NCBI GenBank assembly: GCA_021788015.1
Contig: JAJYLD010000001.1
Location: forward strand, 81,581-145,580
Length of the DNA: 64,000 nt
Source: a bacterium
GTDB taxonomy: Bacteria > Patescibacteriota > Patescibacteriia > Patescibacteriales > JAKAJF01
Direction of reading: 5' to 3'
The notes beneath the pieces were generated by a model, which ran no database searches, was not told where the DNA came from, and saw nothing but the letters and a program-made list of their open reading frames with translations. A program made the position numbers and the translations under genes. Shown here piece after piece: positions 1 through 8,725 of this stretch (position 1 is its first letter; every line of letters begins with the position of its first letter).

Positions 1-1
1 C

Positions 2-1186
2 ATGCTCTCGATCTCCGCTTTCAACGCTTTATTGAAGATAATCGAAGAACCGCCCAAGAACGTTGTTTTCATTCTTTGCACAACCGAAATTCATAAGGTG
101 CCAACCACCATCATTTCAAGATGCCAACGTTTCGATTTTAAACGAATCAGCCTCCTTGATGTTTTTAAAAAATTAAATTACATAGCCGAGAACGAGGGCG
201 TGAAAGTCGAAAAAGAAATTTTGGAAGCGATCGCGCGGCAATCCGAGGGCCACATGCGCGACGCGGAAAGCTTGTTCGGCCAGATTATTTCGATAAGCGG
301 AAAAAAAGTTTCGAAAGAAGAAGCCTTGCTTGTCATTCCGCGGAACGATTTGAGGGAAGTTATCGGTTTGATCGAATTTTTAAGCAAGAAAGACGCCGGC
401 GGAGGAATAGGACTGATCAATAAGCTTGTCGATGAAGGCATAGACCTTAAAATTTTCGTCGCCGACTTGATCGACGTTTTAAGAAAAATGCTCATTGCGA
501 AAGTGAATCCCGGGCTCGCGGAAAAATTAGGAATCGAATTCGGTGAAAGTTTTGAAAAAAAGATGAGCGAAATCGGACGGAGTTTATCCGTGCCGGAACT
601 TGTGATCATTGCGGAAAAATTTTTGAACGTAAGGGAAAATTTAAAAAACGCGAGCATAATTCAGCTTCCGATCGAGCTCGCCTTAATAGAATTTTGCGAA
701 TCGAAACAGCCTGTTCGCGCGGAATCGAATCGACCGAGCGAAAAAAAACCGGAAGCGGAAGCCGAAGAGAACTCGAGAGCGGAAATTATTAGCGGCGTTT
801 TAAATATCGATCATGAACAAATTTTGGAAAAATGGAACGAAGTTTTGGCAAAAGTGAAAAAATATAATCATTCTTTAACTTTTATTCTTCGCGTTTGCGA
901 ACCGCGCGATTTGAAAGATAATCGGCTCCGCCTCGCTTTCAAATATAAATTTCACAAAGACAGAATAAGCGAAGCGAACATAAAAATTTTGGTCGAAAAA
1001 GTTTTGCGGGAAGTGTACGGGGCTTCTTTGGCCGTCGAGGCGATAATCGATGAAAATTTGGAAATTAAAACAAGCGAGCCCGATCAGGCTCCCGCGCCGG
1101 AAGAGAAAAAAGAAGAAGAGCCGGAGCAGGGGCGAAACGCGATTGACAATTTATTAAAGACATTCGGAGGCAGGGTCGTCGGCTAG
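2..1186 (+). CDS. dnaX: DNA polymerase III subunit gamma/tau, 5'-truncated by window edge
   Basis: ORF open to window edge; AFNALLKIIEEPP...ISRCQRFDF clamp-loader motifs typical of DnaX. Confidence 0.9.
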   Translation: MLSISAFNALLKIIEEPPKNVVFILCTTEIHKVPTTIISRCQRFDFKRISLLDVFKKLNYIAENEGVKVEKEILEAIARQSEGHMRDAESLFGQIISISGKKVSKEEALLVIPRNDLREVIGLIEFLSKKDAGGGIGLINKLVDEGIDLKIFVADLIDVLRKMLIAKVNPGLAEKLGIEFGESFEKKMSEIGRSLSVPELVIIAEKFLNVRENLKNASIIQLPIELALIEFCESKQPVRAESNRPSEKKPEAEAEENSRAEIISGVLNIDHEQILEKWNEVLAKVKKYNHSLTFILRVCEPRDLKDNRLRLAFKYKFHKDRISEANIKILVEKVLREVYGASLAVEAIIDENLEIKTSEPDQAPAPEEKKEEEPEQGRNAIDNLLKTFGGRVVG

Positions 1187-1215
1187 TTGACAAGTGAATA
1201 AAAAATTTGTACAGT
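1187..1215 (+). promoter_or_regulatory. sigma70-like promoter candidate (TTGACA-17 nt-TACAGT)
   Basis: Perfect -35 TTGACA at 1187-1192, 17-nt spacer, TACAGT at 1210-1215, right after the dnaX stop. Confidence 0.3.
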
Positions 1216-1224
1216 ATTGCAAAT

Positions 1225-1450
1225 AGATATTGGAGGGGAAAGTTGAAAAAATGGTTCTTTACTCCGATGTTATCGACTCTGTCGGCCGAGGGAAAGGGTG
1301 GACGGATTCGGACATGCGGTATCTTGTAAAAAAATTAAATTGCGGTTATTGTCTTTTTCGGACTTCCGTATGCAAAGGTCCCGTTACGCTTCCCGACGGG
1401 GGAGCGGCGGCCGCTTGCTGGAAAATCAAACCGGGCTAATCAGCCTCTTT
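1225..1450 (+). ncRNA. candidate structured RNA of unknown class
   Basis: Visibly GC-richer than flanks; several local stems (cccgt...acggg, gcggccgc); ends in short hairpin ggct-aatc-agcc plus T-run; the ORFs here look non-protein-like. Confidence 0.25.
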
Positions 1451-1476
1451 TTTATTAAAAAAGTTTTACATAAATA

Positions 1477-1560
1477 TTATTCGGGGATCGTCCCTGAATG
1501 CATAAGCATTCGCGGGCAAACTAATGGCGGGACAGCGGACTACCCGGCCGTCCCACAGCC
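1477..1560 (+). other. degenerate copy of the tRNA-Gln 5' half (acceptor/D-arm/anticodon-stem side) with an internal insertion
   Basis: ttattcggggatcgtc (1477-1492) vs ttattccgggatcgtc (1683-1698); taatggcgggacagcgga resembles tagtggtaggacagcgga; no T-arm or 3' acceptor. Confidence 0.35.
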
Positions 1561-1686
1561 ATTTATTCTGAACAGCATGAAAATTATGCCTCTGCAAGGG
1601 AAAGAGAAAAATATTTAAAAAACTATAAGGGAGTAAGAGAAAAAAGAGAATCAATTTCCAATTTACAAAACAGATAAATTAATTAT

Positions 1687-1760
1687 TCCGGGATCGTCTA
1701 GTGGTAGGACAGCGGATTCTGGCTCCGCTAACCGAGGTTCGAATCCTTGTCCCGGAGCCA
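1687..1760 (+). tRNA. tRNA-Gln (anticodon CTG), CCA encoded
   Basis: Hand-folded cloverleaf: acceptor TCCGGGA/TCCCGGA, anticodon stem GCGGA/TCCGC, loop TTCTGGC, T-loop TTCGAAT, 3' GCCA. Confidence 0.9.
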
Positions 1761-1771
1761 ACAAAATAAAA

Positions 1772-1797
1772 TCAGTCAAAAAGACTGAGTTTATTTT
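1772..1797 (+). terminator. rho-independent terminator after tRNA-Gln
   Basis: tcagtc-aaaaa-gactga hairpin followed by a T-rich run. Confidence 0.6.
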
Positions 1798-1908
1798 GCT
1801 TGTGGAATGATGATCTTGTGTGTCGGCATGGGCTTCTGCTCTCTTAAAAATGAAAACATTTACTTTTAAAGTGAATGAGGATAAAATAGATATAACAAAT
1901 TAATTGTT

Positions 1909-2349
1909 ATGAACACCGAAAACAAGCCCATAATACAGCTGCTTGAGGAGAACGAGCTGAAAATCGGCAAATTGTATAAGATATACTCTCAAAAAATTCC
2001 CGATCAAGAAATATTTTGGTCAAGACTGTCGCGAGAAGAAGAACGGCATGCCGAGGAAATTTTTAAATTGGACGACGGTTCCGAAATGTTTATTGAAAAT
2101 GATTTTACCCGCGAAGCCATAAATTATGTCACCGGCTTTGTCGACGAAGAAATTAAAAAAGCCGAGAACGGCGAGATTTTAAAAAGCGAGGCCGTAAACA
2201 CCGCTTTGAGAGTGGAGCAATCCATCATAGAAAAGAAATGCCTCGACTTTTTCATTCCGTCAAATTCAAGAGCGAAAGAAGTTATGGGAAAACTTAACAG
2301 AGAAACCGATAAGCACATCAAGATGTTGCAAGAAATTAATCATGTTTAA
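1909..2349 (+). CDS. ferritin-like/rubrerythrin-like hypothetical protein
   Basis: 146-aa ORF, helical, EEERHAEE (ExxH) motif; function tentative. Confidence 0.55.
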   Translation: MNTENKPIIQLLEENELKIGKLYKIYSQKIPDQEIFWSRLSREEERHAEEIFKLDDGSEMFIENDFTREAINYVTGFVDEEIKKAENGEILKSEAVNTALRVEQSIIEKKCLDFFIPSNSRAKEVMGKLNRETDKHIKMLQEINHV

Positions 2350-2374
2350 ATAAAATTGGAAGGAGGAATCGTGC

Positions 2375-2512
2375 ATGCCTGAAAAAAGGAAGCAAAGTTC
2401 CGGAAAGAAAAGCGGCCGGCAATGCGGCAAGCAAAAGCCGCGCGCAAAAAAATCCCCGCCCAAACAGTCGAAGGCCAAAGGCGAACCCGCCAAATTTTCC
2501 GGCAACCCTTGA
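2375..2512 (+). CDS. small highly basic protein (45 aa), not in ORF track
   Basis: AGGAGGA 6 nt upstream of ATG; MPEKRKQSSGKKSGRQCGKQKPRAKK...; followed by terminator hairpins. Confidence 0.5.
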   Translation: MPEKRKQSSGKKSGRQCGKQKPRAKKSPPKQSKAKGEPAKFSGNP

Positions 2513-2523
2513 GATTAAAAAGC

Positions 2524-2576
2524 GCCGACTGTAAGTCGGCAAATCGAGCGGAATAAAAAACCGCTTTTTATTTTTT
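2524..2576 (+). terminator. tandem terminator hairpins
   Basis: gccgact-gta-agtcggc, then agcgg...ccgct followed by T-run. Confidence 0.55.
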
Positions 2577-2661
2577 GTAAAATCGGATTGACTTCCCGCT
2601 CATTTTGTGCTAAACTCAGACACCATTCCGAACAGTTTATTTGTGGAAATGAAACGCATAT

Positions 2662-3009
2662 ATGGAAACAATCGACAAAACTAAAAACAAAATCATAGTT
2701 TTTGCATTTGTCTTCGGCGCCGTTCTTTTGGCCGATTTTTTAAGGCATTACTACACGGGGAAAGAAGGCCTTGTAAGCTGGATTTTGTCCATACACGCGG
2801 TATGGCCGGTATTTTCACTTTTTATGATGATCGCGGTAATAATCTTTTACGGCGAAAATAAATTTATAATATACATACCGGCCGCCATCCATTTTGCGGT
2901 GGCATTTCTGGGATATCTGAATGTATATCTGAACTTCAGCTCGATAATCAACTATGACTGCCTCCTTTTCAATCTTATATTATTCGTTCTTTATTACATG
3001 GCCATTTAA
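2662..3009 (+). CDS. small integral membrane protein, hypothetical
   Basis: 115-aa ORF with 3-4 hydrophobic spans. Confidence 0.6.
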   Translation: METIDKTKNKIIVFAFVFGAVLLADFLRHYYTGKEGLVSWILSIHAVWPVFSLFMMIAVIIFYGENKFIIYIPAAIHFAVAFLGYLNVYLNFSSIINYDCLLFNLILFVLYYMAI

Positions 3010-3015
3010 AAATAC

Positions 3016-3360
3016 ATGATCAAACTCAAAAGAATTTACGAACAACCGGAAAAAGACGACGGTTTCAGAATTTTAACGGACCGGCTTTGGCCGCGAGGCG
3101 TGTCGAAAGAAAAAGCCAAACTCGATTTATGGCTTAAAGATATCGCGCCTTCGAACAATTTAAGAAAATGGTTCTCCCATGATCCCAAAAAATGGAAAGA
3201 ATTTCAAAAATGGTATAAAAAAGAACTCGCCGCCAACAAACAAACCGTCAATGAGTTGAAAAGAATCGTCAAAATCGAAAAGAAGGTAACACTTTTATAC
3301 GCCGCCAAAGATGAAATTCATAACGAGGCCGTCGTGATCGCGGATTTTCTGCAAAAGTGA
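3016..3360 (+). CDS. DUF488 (YeaO-like) family protein
   Basis: IKLKRIYE...GFRILTDRLWPRGVSKEKAKLDLWLKDIAPS..LRKWF pattern typical of DUF488. Confidence 0.8.
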   Translation: MIKLKRIYEQPEKDDGFRILTDRLWPRGVSKEKAKLDLWLKDIAPSNNLRKWFSHDPKKWKEFQKWYKKELAANKQTVNELKRIVKIEKKVTLLYAAKDEIHNEAVVIADFLQK

Positions 3361-3428
3361 TTTTATCCAATCATGAAAAAGGTGTATAATAAAGATATAT
3401 ACGGTTCTTAATTTTTAAGCATATATCT

Positions 3429-3845
3429 ATGCGCAAAAACACTCTCAGGGAAATCTCAAAATACGCCGCCGGGTTGGTGACGGGAGATTTAATCGGTCTC
3501 TTTTGGTTTTACTTTGGCGGCCGCCTGCCGATTAATTTTCTCGGCATCCCTTTCGGTTATCGCAACGCCGTTGAAGCCATGATCTTCGACGCTTTGCTTA
3601 TCGCGTTTTTGATTTATTACGGTTGGCGCATGTCCGATACGCCGAAATCGAGCGCGGAGAAAAAGTTTCATCTTGTCGCGGGCGCGCTTTTCGCCATCGT
3701 GGCGCTTTTGCATCTTTCCCGCATCATTTTCGGTTTGCATTTCGTTTTGGGTTCATGGAATGTCCCTTATTGGCTTAACGGTCTCGGCGCCGTAGTTACG
3801 GCCTTTCTGGCCTATGTCGCTTTTTCTTTAGCGAAAAACGAATAA
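3429..3845 (+). CDS. integral membrane protein, hypothetical
   Basis: 138-aa ORF, four hydrophobic segments. Confidence 0.6.
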   Translation: MRKNTLREISKYAAGLVTGDLIGLFWFYFGGRLPINFLGIPFGYRNAVEAMIFDALLIAFLIYYGWRMSDTPKSSAEKKFHLVAGALFAIVALLHLSRIIFGLHFVLGSWNVPYWLNGLGAVVTAFLAYVAFSLAKNE

Positions 3846-3864
3846 GTGAAAGTTTGAAAAATAA

Positions 3865-3894
3865 AACCACCGGTATCGGTGGTTTTTCGTTTTT
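3865..3894 (+). terminator. rho-independent terminator
   Basis: aaccaccg-gtat-cggtggtt hairpin plus T-runs; overlaps the ORF-track start of the next gene, supporting the later ATG. Confidence 0.75.
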
Positions 3895-3908
3895 GCTATA
3901 ATATAAAC

Positions 3909-4391
3909 ATGAAAACAAACAGCCTCTTAAAATTAATCGTCGCAATCATAATTTCGGAACTTGCAGGCGTGATCGGCTCTCTATTCACGGTTTCCTCCAT
4001 TCCGACTTGGTATACGGCATTGACCAAGCCGGCGCTTACGCCTCCGGCATGGGTTTTCGCTCCGGTCTGGACAATTTTATTCGCGCTAATGGGAATTGCG
4101 GCGTTTTTGGTTTGGGACAAGGGCCTGGAGCGCAAAGACGTGAAAGCGGCTCTGGCCGTATTCGCGGTCCAGCTTGTTTTAAACGCGCTTTGGTCGATTA
4201 TATTTTTCGGACTCCATAAACCGGGCGTGGCGTTTGGCGAAATTATTTTTCTTTGGCTAGCCATTCTCGCGACGATAATCGTTTTTGCCGGGATTTCCCG
4301 ACCGGCCGCCTGGCTGCTCGCGCCCTATATCGTTTGGGTCGGCTTCGCCGTTTATTTGAATTTTTCGATTTGGCAATTGACGCTTCGTTAA
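3909..4391 (+). CDS. tspO: TspO/MBR family tryptophan-rich sensory protein (host copy)
   Basis: WY..L.KP...PP.WVF.PVWT.L...MG...LW....F...L.NALWS..FFG; start trimmed to MKTNSLL. Confidence 0.85.
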   Translation: MKTNSLLKLIVAIIISELAGVIGSLFTVSSIPTWYTALTKPALTPPAWVFAPVWTILFALMGIAAFLVWDKGLERKDVKAALAVFAVQLVLNALWSIIFFGLHKPGVAFGEIIFLWLAILATIIVFAGISRPAAWLLAPYIVWVGFAVYLNFSIWQLTLR

Positions 4392-4400
4392 AAAAATAAT

Positions 4401-4832
4401 ATGGAGATTCATATTGATTATAATCCATCGCCCAAAGATCATTTTTTTATTTCCGTGCCATTGAATAAAAAAGAATGCATTTCTTTTGATCGCACCATAA
4501 AGGGCAAAAGAGTCATGAAACAAGTATTTAAAGAAAAAATTCCTTTTCCGGCCGGCATTAAATTTAATAGCGAATGGGACACGATAGTTATCAAAAACGG
4601 AAGTTTCAACAATAAGTTTCATGTGCGATGGGTGGATATGAATAAAAAAGATTGGTTGAACGGAGAAATTTGGGAAACGGTTAAGGAAAAATCGCTAGAA
4701 GACGATACGTCAAACCGACTTCTTTATTATTCGCGATTAATTTCCGACAATTATGACAATCTTTCCGAATACAAAAATGAAATTATGAATTTTGAAAAAT
4801 TAATCCAAAACAAAATTGATAAATTTGCATAA
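4401..4832 (+). CDS. hypothetical protein
   Basis: 143-aa ORF, no recognisable motif. Confidence 0.5.
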   Translation: MEIHIDYNPSPKDHFFISVPLNKKECISFDRTIKGKRVMKQVFKEKIPFPAGIKFNSEWDTIVIKNGSFNNKFHVRWVDMNKKDWLNGEIWETVKEKSLEDDTSNRLLYYSRLISDNYDNLSEYKNEIMNFEKLIQNKIDKFA

Positions 4833-4836
4833 GTGT

Positions 4837-6102
4837 ATGCCGAAATCAATACTTAAAAAAGTCATCGTTTCCAAACAAATACATTCGTCCGAATTTTTAA
4901 AATTCATGCCGGCCAGAGAAAAAAAGGAACTGCTTGAACAGGCCTTCGAACTTAGGGGCAAAAGAGTGGTGCACGTAAACGCCACGGCCGCTGGCGGCGG
5001 CGTGGCCGAAATATTAAAAAGTTTGATTCCGTATTTGCGATCTCTCGGCGTGCAAGCCGATTGGTACAGCATAAATCCGGAGGTCGGGAAAGAATTCTTT
5101 ACGGTGACCAATAAAATTCACAACGCTTTGCAAGGCGCCGCGGTTAAAATAACGAGCCCGGAATGGGCGGAATATCAGCGGGTAAACAAACAAATCGCTG
5201 ACGATCTCGACAAAATCGATTGCGACGTTTTGGTGATAAACGATCCCCAGCCTCTTCTCGCGGGAAGCTATTCCCATCCGGGCAAGGCCAAAATATACTT
5301 CAGCCATATCGACACTTCGGCGGCGTTCATGCCGGTTTGGAAAAAAATTTTCCCGGTAATAAGTTCTTATCGTAAAATCGTTTTTAGCAATCGCAGCTTC
5401 GTAAGCGGCGGCCTGCCTCGCCGTAAAATAAAAGTTTTTACTCCGGCCATCGATCCGTTGGCGTCGAAACAGAAAATTATTACCCGTAAGGAAGCCCGGC
5501 ATTATTTAAAAAACGAAGGCGACATACCGCCGGCCTGCCCTCTTGTCGCGCAAATATCGCGTTTCGACGTTTGGAAAAATCCCATGGGAGTGATCCAGGC
5601 TTTTCGCATGGTGGAGAACATGTATCCCGAAGCGCGATTGGCTCTTGTCGGTTTTAACGAAGCGAAAGACAATCCGGCGGCCGCGGCCGTGCATAAAGAC
5701 GTGGCGGCCGTGGCTGGAAACTCGAAGGACATCTTTATTTTTTTCGACCCGAAAGGAAAGAACATCGCCGAATTCACGGTCATGACGCAGAACGCCGCCG
5801 ATATTATCGTGCAAAATTCGACCAAAGAAGGATTCGGGCTCACGGTCGCGGAAGCGATGTGGAAGCGCCAGCCGGTTATCGGCGGTCCCGCTTCCGGAAT
5901 CCGCAAGCAAATTCAAAACGGCAAGAACGGCTTTATCGTAAAAACCCCCGAAGAATTGGCGGAAAAAGTCATTTTTCTTTTGTCTCATCCGAAAAAAAGA
6001 AAAGCGATGGGAAAGGCCGCTAGAAAAACCGTTCTGCAAAAATTTTTATTTCCGCGACTGGTTTTGGACCATTTTAAGCTCTATAAATCATGTTTAAAAT
6101 AA
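4837..6102 (+). CDS. GT4 family glycosyltransferase (TreT-like trehalose synthase type, from memory)
   Basis: VHVNATAAGGGVAEIL N-terminal motif and STKEGFGLTVAEAMWKRQPVIG C-terminal GT4 signature; start trimmed to avoid overlap. Confidence 0.8.
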   Translation: MPKSILKKVIVSKQIHSSEFLKFMPAREKKELLEQAFELRGKRVVHVNATAAGGGVAEILKSLIPYLRSLGVQADWYSINPEVGKEFFTVTNKIHNALQGAAVKITSPEWAEYQRVNKQIADDLDKIDCDVLVINDPQPLLAGSYSHPGKAKIYFSHIDTSAAFMPVWKKIFPVISSYRKIVFSNRSFVSGGLPRRKIKVFTPAIDPLASKQKIITRKEARHYLKNEGDIPPACPLVAQISRFDVWKNPMGVIQAFRMVENMYPEARLALVGFNEAKDNPAAAAVHKDVAAVAGNSKDIFIFFDPKGKNIAEFTVMTQNAADIIVQNSTKEGFGLTVAEAMWKRQPVIGGPASGIRKQIQNGKNGFIVKTPEELAEKVIFLLSHPKKRKAMGKAARKTVLQKFLFPRLVLDHFKLYKSCLK

Positions 6103-6106
6103 ATAT

Positions 6107-6901
6107 ATGAAAATTTGTTTGGTGAATATGAATATCGCATGGAAAAATAAAGAAGAAAATTTATTGTCCATGGGAAAACACATCCAAAAAGCGAAAAGCA
6201 TCGATTCAAAAATTGATACGATTGTTTTTCCGGAATTGTCGTGCATAGGATATGTGCTGGATGAAACCGCCGATAAATACAGTGAAAAGATGGACGGTAA
6301 CTGCGTTCAAGGAATTCAAAAAATGGCAAAAAAATATAATGTAAACATTATTTCCGGATTTTTGGAAAAAAGCGATAACGGAAAACCGTACAATGCCGTG
6401 TTCGCGACAAACAAAAAAGGAGGAATGGCCGGGAAATACAGAAAAAATCATTTATATTCCGAATCGGACGAAATTAAACTGTATTCCGCCGGAGAAGATT
6501 TGGCTTTGTTTGATTTGGACGGATGGAAATGCGGGCTGGCGATATGCTTCGATATCCGTTACCCGAGGTTGTTCGAAGCGCTCGCGGATAACGGAGCGGA
6601 AGTAATTTTCATTCCGGCCAACTGGACAAAGGGAGAAAATAAATTCGAAATGTTAAGAGTGTACGCGCAAGCGAGAGCGGGGGAGAATCAAATTTATTGC
6701 GCGACTGTTGATCGCGTCGGCCAGGATCCTTATTTCGAATATACGGGATCATGGATGTTATCCGATCCAATCGGAAACGATGTCAGCTTAAAGCACGATG
6801 GAATTTATCACATCGGTGAAATCAAGAAAGAAAGAATCGAAGAAATTCGAAAAAGATTGCCGCTTAAACCGTCATTCAAAAATAAATATTTTGTAAATTA
6901 A
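6107..6901 (+). CDS. carbon-nitrogen hydrolase (nitrilase superfamily)
   Basis: E-K-C triad context: FPELS, YRKNHLY, LAICFDIRYP. Confidence 0.85.
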   Translation: MKICLVNMNIAWKNKEENLLSMGKHIQKAKSIDSKIDTIVFPELSCIGYVLDETADKYSEKMDGNCVQGIQKMAKKYNVNIISGFLEKSDNGKPYNAVFATNKKGGMAGKYRKNHLYSESDEIKLYSAGEDLALFDLDGWKCGLAICFDIRYPRLFEALADNGAEVIFIPANWTKGENKFEMLRVYAQARAGENQIYCATVDRVGQDPYFEYTGSWMLSDPIGNDVSLKHDGIYHIGEIKKERIEEIRKRLPLKPSFKNKYFVN

Positions 6902-6904
6902 TTT

Positions 6905-7450
6905 ATGGCTCACGTTTTTCAAGGGGACGCGGAGAGACTCGACAATCCCCAACGAAGAAAATTATTGCCGCCCGACGCCATTCTGAATCAGCTGGGAATT
7001 CGGCCGGGGGATACGATCATAGATTTCGGCTGCGGAGTCGGTTATTTTACGATTCCCGCCCTGGAACTGGTCGGAGAAAACGGAAAGGTTATCGCCATAG
7101 ACATTTCAAAGAAGATGCTCGATGAATTGCGAAAACGGGCCGGCGCAAGAAAAAATTTGGAAATTATGCGGTCAAACAATACGGACAAGGCCCCCGATAA
7201 TGTCGATTTCATATTTTTAATAACGGTTCTTCATGAGTTGGAAGGACCTGAAAAATTTTTGGAAAAATGTTTTGCCAAACTTAACGAAAACGGAAGATTG
7301 ATAATAATCGATTGGCAAAAAAGGGAAACAGAATTCGGGCCGCCGCTTGAACATAGGATTGCAAAAGAAGAGGTTTTGGCCATGTCGGGGAAAAGACATA
7401 TTGAACACGATATAAATGAAAATTTTTATTTTCTGGAGTTTTTTGATTGA
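6905..7450 (+). CDS. class I SAM-dependent methyltransferase
   Basis: Motif I IIDFGCGVGYFT; 181 aa. Confidence 0.8.
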   Translation: MAHVFQGDAERLDNPQRRKLLPPDAILNQLGIRPGDTIIDFGCGVGYFTIPALELVGENGKVIAIDISKKMLDELRKRAGARKNLEIMRSNNTDKAPDNVDFIFLITVLHELEGPEKFLEKCFAKLNENGRLIIIDWQKRETEFGPPLEHRIAKEEVLAMSGKRHIEHDINENFYFLEFFD

Positions 7451-7511
7451 TCCGTACATCTGAAAAGGCCAAGATTTTCGGCTTAAAAATAACTTATCCA
7501 TAGGTTATCCT

Positions 7512-7540
7512 TTGACCACCGCTCGAAATTTTGCTAAAAT
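7512..7540 (+). promoter_or_regulatory. sigma70-like promoter candidate (TTGACC-17 nt-TAAAAT)
   Basis: Hexamers with 17-nt spacing about 130 nt upstream of the LUD-domain gene. Confidence 0.4.
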
Positions 7541-7670
7541 AGGACGGATTAATAGGGGCGTATTCCCGCGAAATAAAATTGGATCGCCTTAAATTCGCGG
7601 GAAGGCCAATGGCGAAACCGACTATTAACCGGTATGCTTTTTTGAGTATGCCGATTAGCGGTCGGTTTTT

Positions 7671-8285
7671 ATGTTAAATAAAAATTTTGAGAAATTGGCG
7701 AGCGAAAGCAAGATCGAAAAGACTTTGGAGGCTTTGGTCGGTAACGGTATGGAAACGATCATCGCCGAAAACAAGGAAGAAGCGAAAAAAATGATCTTCA
7801 ACATGATTCCGCTCGGAGTCGAAATCATGAACATGACATCTGTCACGCTTTCGGAATTGGGGATAGACAAGGAAATAAACGAATCGGAGAGATTCGCTTC
7901 CGTAAGAAAAAAAATGGCCACAACGGTGAATCACAAGGGCATCGAAAAAAGGAGGTTGGGAGCCGCTCACGAATGGGTAATCGGAAGCGCGCATGCCGTT
8001 ACCGAAGAAGGGCAAATCATGGTCGCTTCCGCCACCGGAAGTCAAATTCCTTCGTACGTTTACGGCGCTTTGAACGTGATGTTCATAATCGGAACGCAAA
8101 AAATCGTGAAAAATTTGGATGACGGTTTTAAAAGAATTTATAAGTACGCCCTGCCCCTTGAAAACGAACGCGCTTTGAAAGTGTACGGGGTTCCGAGCGG
8201 AGTCAATAAAATTTTAATTATAAACAAGGAAGTCGCGCCCGGCAGAATTACGGTTTTATTGGTAAAACAAAAATTGGGATTTTGA
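7671..8285 (+). CDS. LUD (DUF162, LutC-like) domain protein
   Basis: TSVTLSELGI...GSAHAVTEEGQIMVASATGSQ...GRITVLLVKQKLGF typical of LUD-domain proteins. Confidence 0.75.
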   Translation: MLNKNFEKLASESKIEKTLEALVGNGMETIIAENKEEAKKMIFNMIPLGVEIMNMTSVTLSELGIDKEINESERFASVRKKMATTVNHKGIEKRRLGAAHEWVIGSAHAVTEEGQIMVASATGSQIPSYVYGALNVMFIIGTQKIVKNLDDGFKRIYKYALPLENERALKVYGVPSGVNKILIINKEVAPGRITVLLVKQKLGF

Positions 8286-8306
8286 ATTAGAAAGGAGGTG
8301 AAAAAT

Positions 8307-8513
8307 ATGGTAAAATTAAATACATGGGGATATATTGCGGCCATACTTTTGATAATCGGCGGTTTGAACTGGGGCATTTACGGTTTGACGAGTTATGATA
8401 TTATCGACGCCATTTTCGGACTTTTAAGCGTCATTTCAAGAATAATTTATATTTTAGTCGGCATCTCGGCCATTTATTTCATCGTGATTTTATTGCAAAA
8501 GCCCGGTCAATAA
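8307..8513 (+). CDS. DUF378 small membrane protein
   Basis: IGGLNWGIYGL...D.I..IFG motif; AGGAGG 8 nt upstream of the ATG at 8307. Confidence 0.75.
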   Translation: MVKLNTWGYIAAILLIIGGLNWGIYGLTSYDIIDAIFGLLSVISRIIYILVGISAIYFIVILLQKPGQ

Positions 8514-8725
8514 TACATTCGAAAAATTTTACGTAAATTTTTTATGGTCGGAATTTTTATTCCGGCTATAATTGCTGCAGTCGACTTTCAATAATTGTCC
8601 ATTTGAAGCGGGAGAAGCAAGACGCCTTACGCTCTTTTAGGCAAGGATGCATATCGTTACCACCGGCGGGTTGATTTTTTATGTGCATGCATTTAAAATG
8701 TAAGTAGAATTATTTTTTTAAATTT

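Noticed and set aside
1225-1650. RNase P RNA, SRP RNA, tmRNA or 6S RNA downstream of dnaX.
   Set aside because: Only short, weak resemblances to RNase P motifs were seen. The GAGGAAAGUCCGG P4 strand, the SRP GGAA/AGCA helix-8 motif and a tRNA-like tmRNA 3' end are all absent. Identity is left open.
8520-8725. PerR/Fur-type operator or riboswitch upstream of the rubrerythrin gene.
   Set aside because: Only generic AT-rich sequence and short gcatgc palindromes were seen. Nothing matches a box consensus I can name with confidence.
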